From Wallemia ichthyophaga EXF-994 (taxonomy: Eukaryota; Fungi; Basidiomycota): a DNA stretch of 32,000 nt. The notes beneath the pieces are model-generated. The model searched no databases and was not told the DNA's origin. It saw nothing but the letters and a program-made list of their open reading frames with translations. Position numbers and translations under genes: made by a program. The stretch lies in contig NW_008806283.1 of the NCBI RefSeq assembly GCF_000400465.1, positions 30,001-62,000 on the forward strand, given 5' to 3'. Every line of letters starts with the position of its first letter. Within the stretch, counting starts at the first letter, position 1. Positions 11,816-25,029 of this stretch are shown here, piece after piece.

Positions 11816-12425
11816 TTAAACCTTGAAAGCACGAGACTTACGACGACCACGGGCGATTTCTTCCTTCTTACCCTTGGAGATGGTGTATGGCTTCTTGTGC
11901 TTGTGAGGACCGAAGCCGAAGTGGCGGTTAGCCTCTCTAGCCGTCTTCTTACCACGGAGGAGGATAACGTTTGAGCCAGTTGGAGCTCTAAGGGCGAGTT
12001 GGTCGAGAGTGAGGCATTCACCACCAGCAGCTTCAATACGAGCGCGCGCAGTCTTAGTGAATCTGAGAGCTGCGATTGAGAGCTTAGGAATTTCAAGCAT
12101 ACGGTTGTCATCGGTGACAGGGCCAACGTTGACAATGGTAGCACCTTGCTTGGCTTGTGGGTAGTTCTTGCTCAAGTAAGCCAACTTTGAGATTGAAAGT
12201 GGTGGCTTGTTGACCTTGGACATGAAGAGACGACGGAGAACAACCTTGTTGAACTGGCTGTCTGTGCGGCGTGCAAGGAAGCGGAAGAGACGGACAAGCA
12301 AGAGGAGGTATGGATCCTCGCTCTTTGGCGCTGAACGCTTGCCCGACTTGACGTGGTGACGGCGGATATCAACACCCACTGGATTTTGTTAATCAGAGTG
12401 CTTTACTCTTAATATTCCACTCACT
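11816..12425 (-). CDS. RPL18: 60S ribosomal protein eL18; start codon split by an intron
   Basis: Contains [70 protein letters not shown] and [12 protein letters not shown]. There is no ATG in exon 2. The A at 12425, intron 12424-12379 (GTGAGT..CAG) and TG at 12378-12377 together rebuild ATG. Confidence 0.96.
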
Positions 12426-12637
12426 CTTCCTATTTTATGCTTGACAAGGCGAAGAGAGAAGTATGTCAGATTTGCGAGTAGGATGCGAGTTGAAAAAATT
12501 AATATTTATCCTAGGATTTTTAGTAGTGAGGGGGCTTCAAAAAAACAAGGGAATTAAGAATAATTGGCTTGATTTGTTTGTGCCCTGGTTTAGCCATTTG
12601 AACCACCTATCCACCTCACAGCGACTACCATCACCGC

Positions 12638-13867
12638 ATGTCTAAACGCGGCTCAGATACACAGGCACTCACGGCTAAGCGTGTCAGGAGCGATGAAATG
12701 GAGCAGCAACTGGGTTTAGACGAGTCACACACCCACCAAGTTGCTCTCTCCAAGAAGCACGACGACGACAACGCGCTGATTAGAAGCGTACACCGCACAT
12801 CCAAGCTATCGGCGCCTATTATAAAGCTCGATGGGTGTCACACCGGTGAAATAACCTCGGTTAAATTCGACATGACTGGAAACACAATAGTCGCAGCTTC
12901 TGCAGACAAGTCAGTCAGCCTATGGAGGACATACACGGATAATGCAAACTACGGGTACATTCCACATGCACACAAGGATGCTATTACCTCTCTAGTCCTC
13001 TCACATACTTCACCCTCCGATCCACTCATCCTCACCGCCTCAGCTGATTCCACGATTGGTGTGTGGCAGGCTTCGACGGGAAAGCTGGTGAGGAGGCTGA
13101 GAGGGCACAGCGACGTCGTCAACGTACTCGCCGTATCCAGAAACAACCTCCTTGCTAGTGCTGGTGACGATAACAAAGTGTTTATATGGCAATTAGACGG
13201 CGATGACGGTAACGGTGATAGAACACCACCTAAACACCCCGTTCATACCATTACCTGGAACGCTCCCGTTATTGCGCTTGAATGGTCAGACGATGATTCG
13301 ACGCTGTACATTGGCGGGTTGGATAACCAGATACATGTGAGTGTGAAACGCCTAAAATGAGTGTAACTCACCTGACTCACCTTCTCGAGGCTCACAACCT
13401 CTCCTCCCACTCCACACTCTTCTCACTCACCGGTCACACAGACACAGTCACCTTCCTACGCCACTCACCTTGCTCGCAACACCTGATATCCTGCTCGAAT
13501 GACTCGTCAGTGCGTATCTGGGACGTTAAGCCTTTCACAAGCGACCCTACCAGACAATATAGAGTGCTGCACGGTGCTGTGTCCTCGTTCGAGGGTGTGT
13601 ACTCTCAGCCGGCGTGGAGTGCAGATGGAACACGCGTAGCTGTTGGTAGTGCTGACCGCACTGTCACTGTGTGGAATGTAGAATCTGGCGATATCCTTTA
13701 TAAGGTGGGTGTAATGCTTTGTTGCGCGTGTTGCGTTTGCTAACCCTCTGCTATAGCTACCCGGACACACTGGCACCGTTGGCGCTGTCGATATTCACCC
13801 AACCGACCCTGTCATTGTCTCTGGCGGGAAGGATTGCAGGATGTTTCTGGGCGAGTTGATGAGCTGA
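12638..13867 (+). CDS. SNRNP40: WD40-repeat protein, U5 snRNP 40 kDa (SNRNP40/Spf38)-like
   Basis: Exons 12638-13336, 13390-13704 and 13757-13867. Contains RTSKLSAPIIKL, several GH..WD-type repeats, ADRTVTVWN..ILYKLPGHTGTV..VDIHP and C-terminal MFLGEL, as typical of this family. Confidence 0.85.
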
Positions 13868-13937
13868 TGAATGGTGTCTCATGTGGTATACGTGGTATAC
13901 TGCGTACTGTCAACGTCAATGTGAATGTAAATGTAAT

Positions 13938-13967
13938 TTATTGCGTTATTGCGTTATTGCGTTATTG
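13938..13967. repeat. (TTATTGCG)3.75 minisatellite between convergent 3' ends
   Basis: Read directly as ttattgcg ttattgcg ttattgcg ttattg. Confidence 0.85.
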
Positions 13968-14378
13968 ACTTGTGCTTTCTACTATTTCTTCTTTCTGCTT
14001 ACATCATCACGTGACTCGAGTGGTGATACGAACAACATGCACTCGAGACATCTGTGTGTGTATGTGTTTTCCTTCTTGTGTACCTCTGCATAATTCTGCG
14101 TACTTTTGTGTCCACTCAACGTCACTTCTACGTACCTTTACCTCTGCAACTTTGGTACACCCAACTTCACTCTCTACTTGCACTTATTCACTCATCTCAT
14201 CTTCAACTTGATCATGTATATGTACTACTTGAGTCTTGTTTCTTGGTCAATCAACAGAAACGGATTAAATATTTTACTTGAATTGAAAAAGCTAGAAAGG
14301 GTGGGTTGGGTTAGTTGGAGATTAACGACTTGTAACAAATTTTCGTTTCTTGCATTTATTCATTTTTCACACTACCAT

Positions 14379-15367
14379 CTAATCGCGCATTGGGGAAGGG
14401 GAGTAGCGACGAGGAGGAGGAGAGCGACTGAAGCGGCGTGGAGGAGGAGAACGTCTGGCATAACCACCGCGTGGAGGAGGGGATCTAGAGCGAGGTCTAC
14501 CGTAACCACCTGCACGTGGTGGTGGTGGCGAGTAGTCGCGGTAGCGTCTTGGTGGGGGAGAGCGTGAATAGCGGCGTCTGGGTGGTGGGCTGCGTCTGGA
14601 GCCTGAACCTCTCCAGTCATCGCGGTCGTAGTAACCACGACGAGGAGGAGGACGAGGAGGAGGACCACCACGGTATCCACCACCACCACCGCGTGGAGGA
14701 GGGCGATCGAAGCGACGGTCGTCGAAGCCTGTCAAGAGGGTAAATTAGTGGGTTACCCAGAATAAAGACCTAACACACGTTTAACACCCATATATTGACC
14801 AGGAGTTGGAGAGTGTGGACGCTTAGTTGCACTAAAGTCAACGCGAATGTTACGACCGTGAATTTCAACGCCATTTAAAGCTTGAATGCACTTGTCTGCG
14901 TCTTCGATTGAGGCCATTTTAATGAAACCAAAGCCACGAGAGCGATCAGAGCGTTGGTCGTATACGATTGTAACCTTGTCCACTCTACCAAATCGATTGA
15001 ATTCATCTTCTAAATCGATTTCACGTGTTCTAATCGATAAACCGAACACACCAAGTGTTTCGTTAGGTTCTGGTGGGTTTTCATTGCGGCGACGTGGTGG
15101 AGGTGGGGAAGGGCGTGGAGGAGGGGATGGAGAGCGTGGTGGAGAGCGTGGAAGATGTGGTGACTGTGGCTGTGGATTTTGAGTACCTGGAGCGCCCTGA
15201 GTGCCTGGATTATCCTCTTGCTTAGACTCCTCCCAGCCATTCTGAGTATCATCACCCTTGAACCCCCAGCCATCATCATCCTCATTGTTCTCCTGCTTTA
15301 AACCCCAACCAGCATCCTCCGCTTGATTTTCTCCCTTGAACTCTTCACGTATTTCAGTGTCAGCCAT
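14379..15367 (-). CDS. TRA2: Transformer-2-like SR/RRM splicing factor
   Basis: The RRM has LGVFGLS (RNP2) and RSRGFGFI (RNP1), followed by the Tra2-type KRPHSPTPGQYMG. Intron 14778-14729 joins to an RGG/RS/RSPPP-rich exon (14728-14379). Confidence 0.85.
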
Positions 15368-15549
15368 TTAGTAGATGATGGTGGTTAGTGAGTAAGAAGG
15401 GAATACATATTAAATAAAATAAAATTGAAAAATGAATAAAAATATATAATTATATCTGACAGCTGTCTTGAGCTTATTCTTCTTGGAATTGTCTTCATCT
15501 CCTTCATCTCCAACCACCACGACCGACACCACGGCTTTGCCAAATTAAA

Positions 15550-17818
15550 ATGCCATTTGGTAAATCAACAAATGAGAATTTTATATATGGAATGTTTAAT
15601 TTCCAAGGGGAAGTTGACGATGAATTGAGTTTTAATTGTGGGGATATTATTTATATTATAGAGACAGACGAGGAATTTAAAGATGGTTGGTGGATTGGTA
15701 AATGCGAAAATGGTAATCAAGGTTTATTTCCTGAATCTTATACTTGTTGGTCTAAACCTATTGCCCCCGGTGTTGCTCCTGTTTCTGCCGTGGCCTCTGC
15801 GGCTTCCGTGACTGCCGTGGCTGATCAGGAACACCCAAAACAACCCCCACAACACACTCCCATCAATTCAACCATGTCTCAAATCGAAGACGCTATAAAC
15901 GACATCTCTACCAACCACCCTGACAATGAAAATCTTCTCGCTCCAATCGTTGAATCTACTAACTCAAACACTTCCTCACAAATCACCCTGGATCACTCTG
16001 ACAACGAAGATGATCCCATTAACGCAAATGCACGCTCCCTATTGGCGAAGAAGAACCTTAACCCTCCCACTTCCCTCCAATTCGGTAGCGATAGTGATGA
16101 AAATTTGACTCCTACTCATTCCCCTATTACTGATAATAATGAGCAATCAACTCCAAATCCTCCTTTTCAACCAGAAAATTCTTTTAACTCTTACAACTCA
16201 AACCAATCTCCTACTCCACCCTCTCCAAACACCGCAGACATCCCCAACTGGTCCCTCGACAACGTCCTTCATTGGGCTAAGCACAAAAATTTCGACGATT
16301 ACATATGTGAAAAACTTCTTCAACACGACATCTCCGGTGATGTTCTCCTCCAATTGGACACTGACTCCCTCAAAGAAATTGACATACTTGCTTTCGGTAA
16401 GCGTGTTAAACTTGCAAATGCTATTAAAGATTTGCGCATTTTAGCCGGTTTGGATCAGGGTGTTGATAACCATAAACGTGGTAGTGAGACATCCAAGTCA
16501 TCTGGTCATAACCAAACACCAATTAGCAACATCAACACCAGCAGCATCAACAACGCCCCATCTGACCCTCCTACTGCTGTCACAACCTCGCTACCCTCCC
16601 CACACTCTCAACCCGGGTTATCTCGCACCGCCTCAGCCACAAATTCCCTCCGAAGAGCTTTTAGTGGTCATAATTACAACTCAACTAACTCGCCCTCCTC
16701 AGCTACCTCACCCACCATCCAATCCCCTCTATCTCCTCGCACTCCCTCCCTCCGCAAACGCACTTCAGACTCCTCCGCCTTTTTCGGCGTCGGCAGTAAA
16801 GGCAACCCACGCAAACCTGCTCCTCGCTACAGTGGTGCCAGTAACGAGACTGAAAAGAGTGACAAGGAGGGTTGGTCAGCTGCCCGACTACTCGGATCAA
16901 AACGTTCATTGCGCAATATTAACGGCGGTGGTCGTCCTAGCACCTCGCCGCAACCGCAGCAATCCCAACCACAATCCTCATTCGCCAACAGAGTGTCTTT
17001 ATCTACTGACAATGCAAACACAAACACAAACACAAACGCAGACACTCGAAGGAGTGTAGTAGACCTCACCCACTTCCAATCTCGGGACGGTACAGCCCTA
17101 CAAAAAATAGGCGGGTGCGACTGCAAAGGGTGGTTAAAAAAGAGGGGGGAGAGGTATGGGTGGAAGATGCGCTACTTTGTTTTGAAAGGCTCGCAACTCT
17201 TCTACCTCAAGAACGAGAACGATACGCAATTGAAGGGCTTCATTCAGTTAAACGGCTTCAAGGTGCTCGCCGACGAATCTAACTCCTCCCGCCACCAATT
17301 CGCTTTCAAAATATCTCACGAACGTGAACGTGACACGCACCATTTTGCAAGTGAGGAGAAAAGCGTGACGAGAGAGTGGATGAATGCGCTCATGAAAGCC
17401 AGTATAGTGAGAGATATAGGAGGTGAGAGATGTGTTATGAGAGGCTTGCTATTTTCGTTACTAACGCCCTACTCCAGCTCCCGTCGTTAGTAGCTGCACT
17501 ATCCCTACTATCCCTCTGGATAAAGCGCAGACTATGTTTCCTCCACCCCGCCCTCCTTCGCCCACTTCTAGAGAGAGAGTGCAGAGAGCGAATGCACGCG
17601 ATAATCCTGACAGCCTCTCGCCGCAAGATGCACAGGTACTTATGGCCGGTGCGTCTGAGGGCGGTACTCAGGGTGGTAGTCACGGCAGTCATACTCGCGC
17701 TGGCGCTACTCACCCCTCTCACTCATCCCCCACTTACGAAAAGAAGCGCACTACCTCTTCTTCCTTTGGTAACCTGTCGAGCAGCTTCGGAAATGAGGAT
17801 CGAGACAAGGATTTTTAG
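15550..17818 (+). CDS. BOI1: Boi1/Pob1-like polarity scaffold (SH3-SAM-PH)
   Basis: Has an SH3 (ELSFNCGD..GWWIG..GLFPESY), a SAM (WSLDNVLHWA..HDISGDVLL..LKEIDILAFGKRVKL) and a PH domain (GWLKKRGERYGWKMRYFVLKG..WMNALMKA). Intron 17423-17477 joins to APVVSSCTIPTIPL..PPPRPPSP. Confidence 0.88.
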
Positions 17819-18277
17819 TTTGATTGAGTGAGTGAAAGAGTGCTTGCGATGGTATAATCTTCTGCCGTGTTAGCGCTGTTTCTTTTTCTCACTTGCTATG
17901 CTTCTTGCTTCCTGCTTCTCATCTCCGTGCTTGCTCACTCACTGGCCCGCATAGTGTACTATCTATACCCCCCCCCACATTCTCTATTCATTTCCTAGCC
18001 AGCTCAAGTTCAATATTTATGTTACATACTTTAATTCCATGTCTTACGCCTTATAAGTTATTATTCTCACACATATCACAACTCGCAACTCAAACGTGAA
18101 TGGCGCTCATTCGGAGAGTGGTATGGGGCGTCTCGCATACCTACATAAATACACTCTTTCATTTTCACTTTGAGCTTTATCATTCTGAGCTGTGATATCA
18201 CCAAGTGACTCAACACTCATACTCATCAGTGTCAACTTTTCATAATAGGCGATATTGTACATTACAAACTAACTTTA

Positions 18278-19348
18278 CTATGCGATATGCTGCGATTGAT
18301 TGCTGGGGAGGGAAAGATTGCGATGCGATTGTGATTGTGATTGTGATTGTGATTGTGAATGCGATTGTGAATACGACTGCGACTCAATAAGGCTATAATC
18401 CTTATCACTACTCCCCTTGGCACACATTTCGGGCTTCCTGGGCAAATGCAACTGACTTAATTCTTCAGTCTTGATCTGCGAGATGTGGGGCAGGGAGCTT
18501 CTCCTAAGCCTGAGGCCCATTCCTAGCGCCTCAAGTATATCGGCCTGGATGAAGAAGAGTGCGAAAGCAATGATTCCGATACTGCCAAAGAGCTCTTCAT
18601 TTCTCGCCTCGTTGTGCGTTCCCGGCGCTAAAGTTTTGATGTGAAGCGCAATAGATATAAAAGAGTAGAAAAGAAAGAGCAAGAGACGCGCAGCAAGTTG
18701 AATGTTTACAGTCCAGCTCGTCTGGAGTAGACCGCGCTGAGCAGCGCGCATCCGACACAGCAGAAACGTAAGCCATACCGCTACAACGAGGACGAGAACC
18801 ATGAGAACGAGTGATACGCTTACGGAAGCATAAAGAAGTTTATTCGGCGGTCGTATGCTAGCATACAGTGGTGTGCGTATCAAGATGGATGAATGGGTGA
18901 TTGTCTCTACTAGAAACGCAATCACGAATGGAATGCCAAGTAAGTATGGTATCATTACTAACACCCTCGAATCAGCCCAGTAGAAGTAATGTGATACTCG
19001 CGTAGATAAGGCTATATTTGTTGACACCCAGAATTTCATTACTACCATTAAAGTCGTACTGGCATTCATCACCATTCCTGGTAGTCTTGATACGGCATTT
19101 GTTATTTCTAGTCCTGTCGGCGGATCGGGGTCGTAGATATGCCCCGTCCATAGAAGCACCGCGTCCATCCATAGTGTGACGCAGAAAACAAAGTAGAAAT
19201 TCAGTACGACGGCGTGTTTCTTGACATTGCGGGATGATAGCGTGAAAATGAATAGGAATAGATGTAGTGCACTGCCTGTGACTAGGAGTGAATAGTATGC
19301 CCGCAGTTGCGACTTTGAGGCAAGTGGCGGAATAGAATCTCCGTCCAT
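18278..19348 (-). CDS. Intronless multi-pass (about 7 TM) membrane protein, GPCR-like, unknown function; C-terminal Gln-Ser repeat
   Basis: A 356 aa ORF with about seven hydrophobic stretches and a polar tail. The SQSQSQ tract is encoded by a hexanucleotide repeat at about 18327-18358. Confidence 0.7.
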   Translation of the reverse strand: MDGDSIPPLASKSQLRAYYSLLVTGSALHLFLFIFTLSSRNVKKHAVVLNFYFVFCVTLWMDAVLLWTGHIYDPDPPTGLEITNAVSRLPGMVMNASTTLMVVMKFWVSTNIALSTRVSHYFYWADSRVLVMIPYLLGIPFVIAFLVETITHSSILIRTPLYASIRPPNKLLYASVSVSLVLMVLVLVVAVWLTFLLCRMRAAQRGLLQTSWTVNIQLAARLLLFLFYSFISIALHIKTLAPGTHNEARNEELFGSIGIIAFALFFIQADILEALGMGLRLRRSSLPHISQIKTEELSQLHLPRKPEMCAKGSSDKDYSLIESQSYSQSHSQSQSQSQSQSHRNLSLPSNQSQHIA

Positions 19349-19502
19349 GTGCTATAGCATGGAGTTTGGTGTTGTGTGTAATGTGTTGATGGGTGTGTAT
19401 CTGTACAAGTTTCTTAATGCGCAATGAATTTATCTAGCGAGTGAAAAATGTATTACACGATATTAATCTCAGACACGATCAGCCCTTGGCGGTGAAGAGA
19501 GC

Positions 19503-19760
19503 TGCGGATATCTAAGGCTGCAGATAATCTGCACATGAATTTCATCGTGGATGATATCGGATGTATTTATACTTTGTCTTTTGCCCTGTTTGCACTGAGA
19601 CACCTTTACCGGATGCTATGGATGAATGCTTTCAATGCTTTTTAGCGTGGATTTATTTTTAAATATAATAGCTTAAGGTATATTAAATAAGCCTGCTTGA
19701 TTACTTTCCTAAGAAGTACACCAACGCGATCTGGTCAATGCGAATACCGATGCGGATATC
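19503..19760. promoter_or_regulatory. Two exact copies of TGCGGATATC plus CGG-triplet variants in the divergent 7TM/dehydrogenase promoter
   Basis: TGCGGATATC occurs at 19503-19512 and 19751-19760, and CCG-atg-CGG at 19747-19755. CGG half-sites are typical of Zn2Cys6 factor sites; function is inferred. Confidence 0.35.
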
Positions 19761-20002
19761 AATTAAAATCTCCACTTAGCTTCTCCTTAGAATTTGCAGC
19801 ATCTGCGGCAGCAGCAGCATAATTGATAATCTTCCACTGCCCTTCAGTCCAAAACAGCCCAATACAACCTAATACACCCTTATACTAGTAATAATCAATC
19901 GCTTTATAATTTATTACAACTAATCATCCACACTAAGCACTTCTGCTCCAGTCGGCTCTCTCCGCTCAGCTGCACTGACAAATCGGTCAAGTTCCGTGAT
20001 TG

Positions 20003-20011
20003 TATATATAA
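20003..20011 (+). promoter_or_regulatory. TATA box of the polyol dehydrogenase gene
   Basis: TATATATAA about 40 nt upstream of the ATG at 20049. Confidence 0.55.
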
Positions 20012-20048
20012 GCGACGACAAACGAAATCGTCTTACAACACCTCCAAT

Positions 20049-21368
20049 ATGACTGATAGACAACTATACAACACTAAGAACCTCCTCGAGCACCCAGAAT
20101 TCAGAATACTCAAAGAAAAGCCTGCCAAAGGCACTGGAAGAAATATAGCGCTCACATATGACGTTGATCATGTTAACAAGTTCGTCGAGAAGCCTCGATT
20201 TGATCCTGCACCAGGCCAAGTAGAAGTTAATGTTCGAGCGACTGGAATATGTGGATCGTGAGTGGTTTTACTGCCAATTTTCCCACCTAACACCAACACG
20301 TCATAAGTGATGTGCACTTTTCGCAGCATGGCCACATCGGCGATATGGTTGTGCGTTGCATTTGTGGTGCGGGACACGAGTCAAGTGGTAAATATATCAT
20401 TACTTTGGCGCGTTTTGGCTTATCGTGCGCACAGGTGAGGTCACCAGAGTCGGGCAAGGTGTTACAGAATGGAAGGCGGGCGATAGAGTAGCAATCGAAG
20501 CGGGCATCCCCTGTGGTAATTGTGAATTCTGTAAAGTAGGTCTCAGTCAGTTGATATCGACGTATCTGACCAACTCAACAGCTTGGAAGATACAACGCGT
20601 GCCAGAACGACATCTTTTTCAGCACACCGCCACACTTCGGTACAATGAGCCGCTATCACTTGCATCCAGCTGCGTGGCTACACAGGCTACCAGACTCGGT
20701 TTCGTTCGAAGAGGGTGCGCTCTGCGAACCGCTAACGGTCGCTATGGCCGGTATCTACCGCAGTGGATTGCGGTTAGGTGATGGCGTAGTCATCTGTGGA
20801 GCTGGACCTATTGGTTGGTCGGATATCTTCAACAGTAGCCAATCTAACAATTTACATAGGTCTGGTTACCCTCTTAGCAGCAAAAGCTGCCGGATCCATT
20901 CCAATAATCACCGATCTATCCCAATCACGTCTCGACTTCGCTAAGAAACTCGTCCCATCCGTCAAGACAGTCCTCATTGAGAGAGGTCAGACACCAAAAG
21001 ACATTGCGCAGAAAATCAAAGAGGAAGCTGGTATGCCTCTCACCCTGGCATTGGAGTGTACGGGTGTTGAGAGCAGCGTTCACGCCGCTATCTTTTCCAT
21101 GACGTTTGGTGGAAAGGTGTTCATCATCGGTGTGGGCAAAGACATACAGTCGATTCCATTCATGCATCTCTCCGCTAATGAAATCGACATCCAATTTCAA
21201 TATCGTTACGCTAATCAATATCCACGTGCTATTCGCTGCGTCGCTGAAGGCATGATCGACCTCAAGCCACTTGTGACGCACAGATTCGACCTCGAGGATG
21301 CCATGGATGCCTTCGATACCGCCGCTGATCCTAAAAGTGGCGCTATCAAGGTTCAGGTCCTGGACTAA
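20049..21368 (+). CDS. lad1: Zn-dependent polyol dehydrogenase (MDR family), L-arabinitol 4-dehydrogenase-like
   Basis: Exons 20049-20257, 20308-20387, 20435-20535, 20582-20813 and 20860-21368. Motifs are TGICGSDVH, GHESSG, CGNCEFCK..RYNAC, FFSTPP, GALCEPL, GAGPIG and IPFMHLSANEIDIQFQYRYAN. FSTPP and FQYRY favour the LAD branch over xylitol/sorbitol dehydrogenase. Confidence 0.85.
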
Positions 21369-21604
21369 ACGGAGGATTTCTTGTATGATTTAGAATTCAT
21401 GATTAAATTTTTTAAAATTGGAGTGATCAGTGTGTTGATAGAACACGTTTGCTTGCAAGCAACAATTATGTCATGTATTAAGGTATAGGTAAGTAGTGCG
21501 AATATAATTAGCTAGTATTCCGTGTTTGTTGTATATGAATTGTTTTAAGAATTATCATGTGTTTGATGAAAATTTTTTTCCATGTCCAATCGAATAGGTT
21601 TCAC

Positions 21605-23759
21605 CTAATAAACCCATCGTGCCTCCGATGAATCTTGCATACGCGCTCTGATCTGATATCCGAGCAACTCCTGGCGGATGTTCACTGTCCTGTGAAACTT
21701 GATGTTGTTGCCTCTGATGGCTCTAAAGTTACCCTTGTTCATAGCGTAGCGCTTCTTTGGTACGCCTGATTGTTGGTCTTGATAAAATTCCTTCTGAGGC
21801 ATGGCTTCTAATAACCACCAGCTCTTAGCTATAGCTAGTTGATCGTTGATAGATGTCAAAGCTGAGATAGCAGAGATTAGTGGGCTGTATGGATGTAATG
21901 AAAAAGAGAGCTGTGTTTATAGTTCATCTCTCCTTCTTCTTTTCTACTCACAATCATAAACATCCTCGTGCTCCTCTGAAAGTTTAGAGCGGTCGTAGCG
22001 CTCGACGGGCACGTTCTCCATGTTTGGTTCCGGGGGGAAACCTTCTGGGACATTATATGCCGCCTCTTTTCGAGGCTTGACGATCGGATAAAGAGTGGAA
22101 AGGTCTAATCCGTAGTAATCGAGCAAGTGCGTATGAAACAGAATCCCACTACCTGATTTGAAAGATTGCCTGTACATCCAGCGCAGTGAGATTCTGTGCA
22201 ATGCATTTCTGGTCTCGTTCGAGACCGCTCCACCTGCTCACCGTTAGTTCTCCATTTTTCTCTGTCTTTCAAGTAATCCAAAACCTACCACCGACATCCG
22301 CGTGAGCGCCAAGGAAGTAAACTTCTTTGACCTTCGTATTGTCACGTATTTCGTCGTCTTTATCACTGGCGTAGGAATCGTGTTGCACAGGCAACTTGTA
22401 TAATTGCTGCAACAAATTCTGGATTTGAGGGTTGGTTCTGTCAATGCTGTCCAGGTCTACACGCTTAGTGCTGAAACGCGATTTGGCAGTTTGCTGACGC
22501 AGCTCGTCTATTCTGGAAAACAGCGCCTGTCTCATGTTCTCAATCTTTTCCCATGGATCAACCTCCTCCTCATGTTGACTATCTTTGTCGTCATCTTCGA
22601 GCTCGTTCACACTATGGTCGAATTTGATGTCGTGCTTTTTCTCTCGGTGATGAAACCACGAATCCTTGTTTGAGCGTTTCTCTTGCTCTTGTTCCTGAGT
22701 CCAATGACCTGCACGGAACTTGACGCGGTGCTTTTGCAAGTTTAGTAAGTAAGCAAATTAAACAAAATCAAACACACCTCATCTAACGCGACAGCGTGAG
22801 TAAAGTTTTTCACAATGTGATTGGAGTTTGTAAATGGCAGCTCTCTTGGGTAGAATCCAACGGAAGATACAGAATCCCATACTCCGATCCACTGTATATC
22901 CACATTTATCCCAAAGGTGGATTTGAAGAGCTTAGATTGATCGAAACCACGTTTGCTGTTGTCTTTGTACATGTCGTATGCGAACTGTACCTGTTGTAAA
23001 TTTCCTTTTGGAAGCAATCCCACTTTCAGCAGCATACCAGCCAAGCAACGGCAAGTATATGCACCTCTCGAGAAACCAATCATGCAAATTTTGTCACCAA
23101 TTCTGCCACTGTGTGAGATGACATCGTTTGTGCCGACAAAGAGCTTACCTATAATTCTCCATCAGGTACGTATATGCCTGCCTGACATGATGCCCCAGAC
23201 CGCTACCCACAGCCATGTCGCTGATATCACTAAGCTTGTTGGCCACAAAATTGGCGCGCTTGGTAGTTGAGTACGTTCCTAACCCACTTTGATAGTACAC
23301 GACCTGCTTCTCGGGCTCATCTTTCACCATACTCCTAAAGAAGCGTATGACGTTGGAGTTGTCATCGTCAAATTGATCGCCAGTGCCATCCAAACACAAA
23401 ACAATTGTACGGCCCTTATCGTCTTTGTTTTGATCGCGTATCGCCTTGAGGCGTTTGGGAACAACGTTGTCACCTCTAAAAAGGGCCTGTGGTTCATTTC
23501 TCGTCTTGGGAGGATTGATGATGAGCTGCTTGTCATTTTGGTAGTCCGAAGTGTCATTCGCTTCCAGATTAAGTGCCACATCGTAGCTGCGACCTTGAAA
23601 GTCTTTAACGTGTACAGTTTCAGTATTTGTCTCAAGAGACTTCTGAGTCGATTTGACCCGCTCTTTGAGTGATGGTTTATTAGATGGCTCATCGTTCCCC
23701 ACTTGCTGAGTTAAGTGAGAAATACTCTCAAGCTGTGTTGGTGAATCACCGCCGCTCAT
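21605..23759 (-). CDS. DUF2235 (Tle1-like alpha/beta hydrolase) family protein with complete Ser-Asp-His motifs
   Basis: Exons 23759-23149, 23102-22778, 22730-22289, 22233-21952 and 21861-21605. Motifs are [74 protein letters not shown] and WWLLE. Confidence 0.92.
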
Positions 23760-25029
23760 TGTCGATTAATAAGACAGACAACGTCAAAGCAAGACTTATT
23801 GACACTGGAGCGAGAGCAGTCCCTGAGTAAGATTTTTAAATCTCCGCGGCTGTCCAAAGCGTTCCGCGGTTAAGGGAAGTAAATCTAATTAGAAAGACGT
23901 GGATTGAATTGACTAGGATTTGTCTAATTGGATTGCGCATTTTGACTCGCAAGTAGCTTCATCATAGTGTATATGTGGAGTAGGTAGCAGTCAGTAAAAC
24001 TCCAGCTCAAGCACAAGAATACGCCACCTTTCTCAATGGGGTATCATTTCATTGCAACTATACAAGTCTGCAGCGTTTTTGTTCTACGCACGGACATGTC
24101 CGCAACTCTCCTGCATAAGTCCTCATCCTTTGCATCTCCCACTTACTCCATGACCACCATCATTTAAACATAAAGTCGTTATAAGTTTTAATCCGCAGTA
24201 TATTTGACACACGTAAATCTCCACTTTGACCTCTGAGGACCCTGAGGATGAGATTGTTGGGAGCATCGCATAGTAGCAGACACGAGCATCCGGGACTTCT
24301 CAGAGGTTTCCTAAGCTTTTGCAAACACATAGCTGGGCACACTTGACTCACGTTGAGGTTTATCGAATCTATATTTATCGTAATTGGGAGAGCATATTAG
24401 GATATCTGTGTCTTCTAAGCAATCTCTTTACTTCCCTCCCTCACCTTAGGTTCTAGAGATTTAATCTGTTTTACATCATTCGGAGACCCTGCTTATGTCA
24501 TATGGCTATTTATACGCGATTCACGCCGCAATTTCAACCTACGCGAACCAAAATCTGCGATGTCGGAATGAGTATAAGTATGTATTCTCTTTTTCTGCGA
24601 AAACCCAGCACCAGAATTCGATAATTAAAGAAGCTGTGATCATTATGTCATTTCGGATGTTGTTGTAGTGGAGCAATATTCCTTTAACTTGAGCATTTCA
24701 CCGGGACAGACTCTTTAATATATTCACACTCATGCTGGATGCCAGAGTTGGTCTAATATAACTGAATTTAAGATACACCGAAAATTTGCTGGTGGTCCGT
24801 GCGCTCGTGAAAATTAAGAATACTTTCGAGAAACCTGCATCAAAAGTCCCTTTCAAAGATGATCTTTGGTCCATACCGAATTAGGAGACGTAAGTGAAAT
24901 TTCAAGACTAATTTGTCTTATTTGTTTGACATTTATACAGTGAAACATTGTGAGACTTATCCGGTAACTTAATTTACCGCGTATTATCACGCAATATGAT
25001 CGAAAAGGTTTCAGTCGCAGTCTTCCAGG

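Noticed and set aside
10924-12425. Adjacent RPL20 and RPL18 (and adjacent SNRNP40 and TRA2) as functional clusters
   Set aside because: The pairs are convergent with no shared promoter. Adjacency is plausible by chance in a dense genome, and there is no synteny evidence available here.
8246-13967. Short tandem repeats as a CRISPR-like array
   Set aside because: The units are 8-13 nt and contiguous with no spacers, in a eukaryotic context. They are ordinary micro- or minisatellites.
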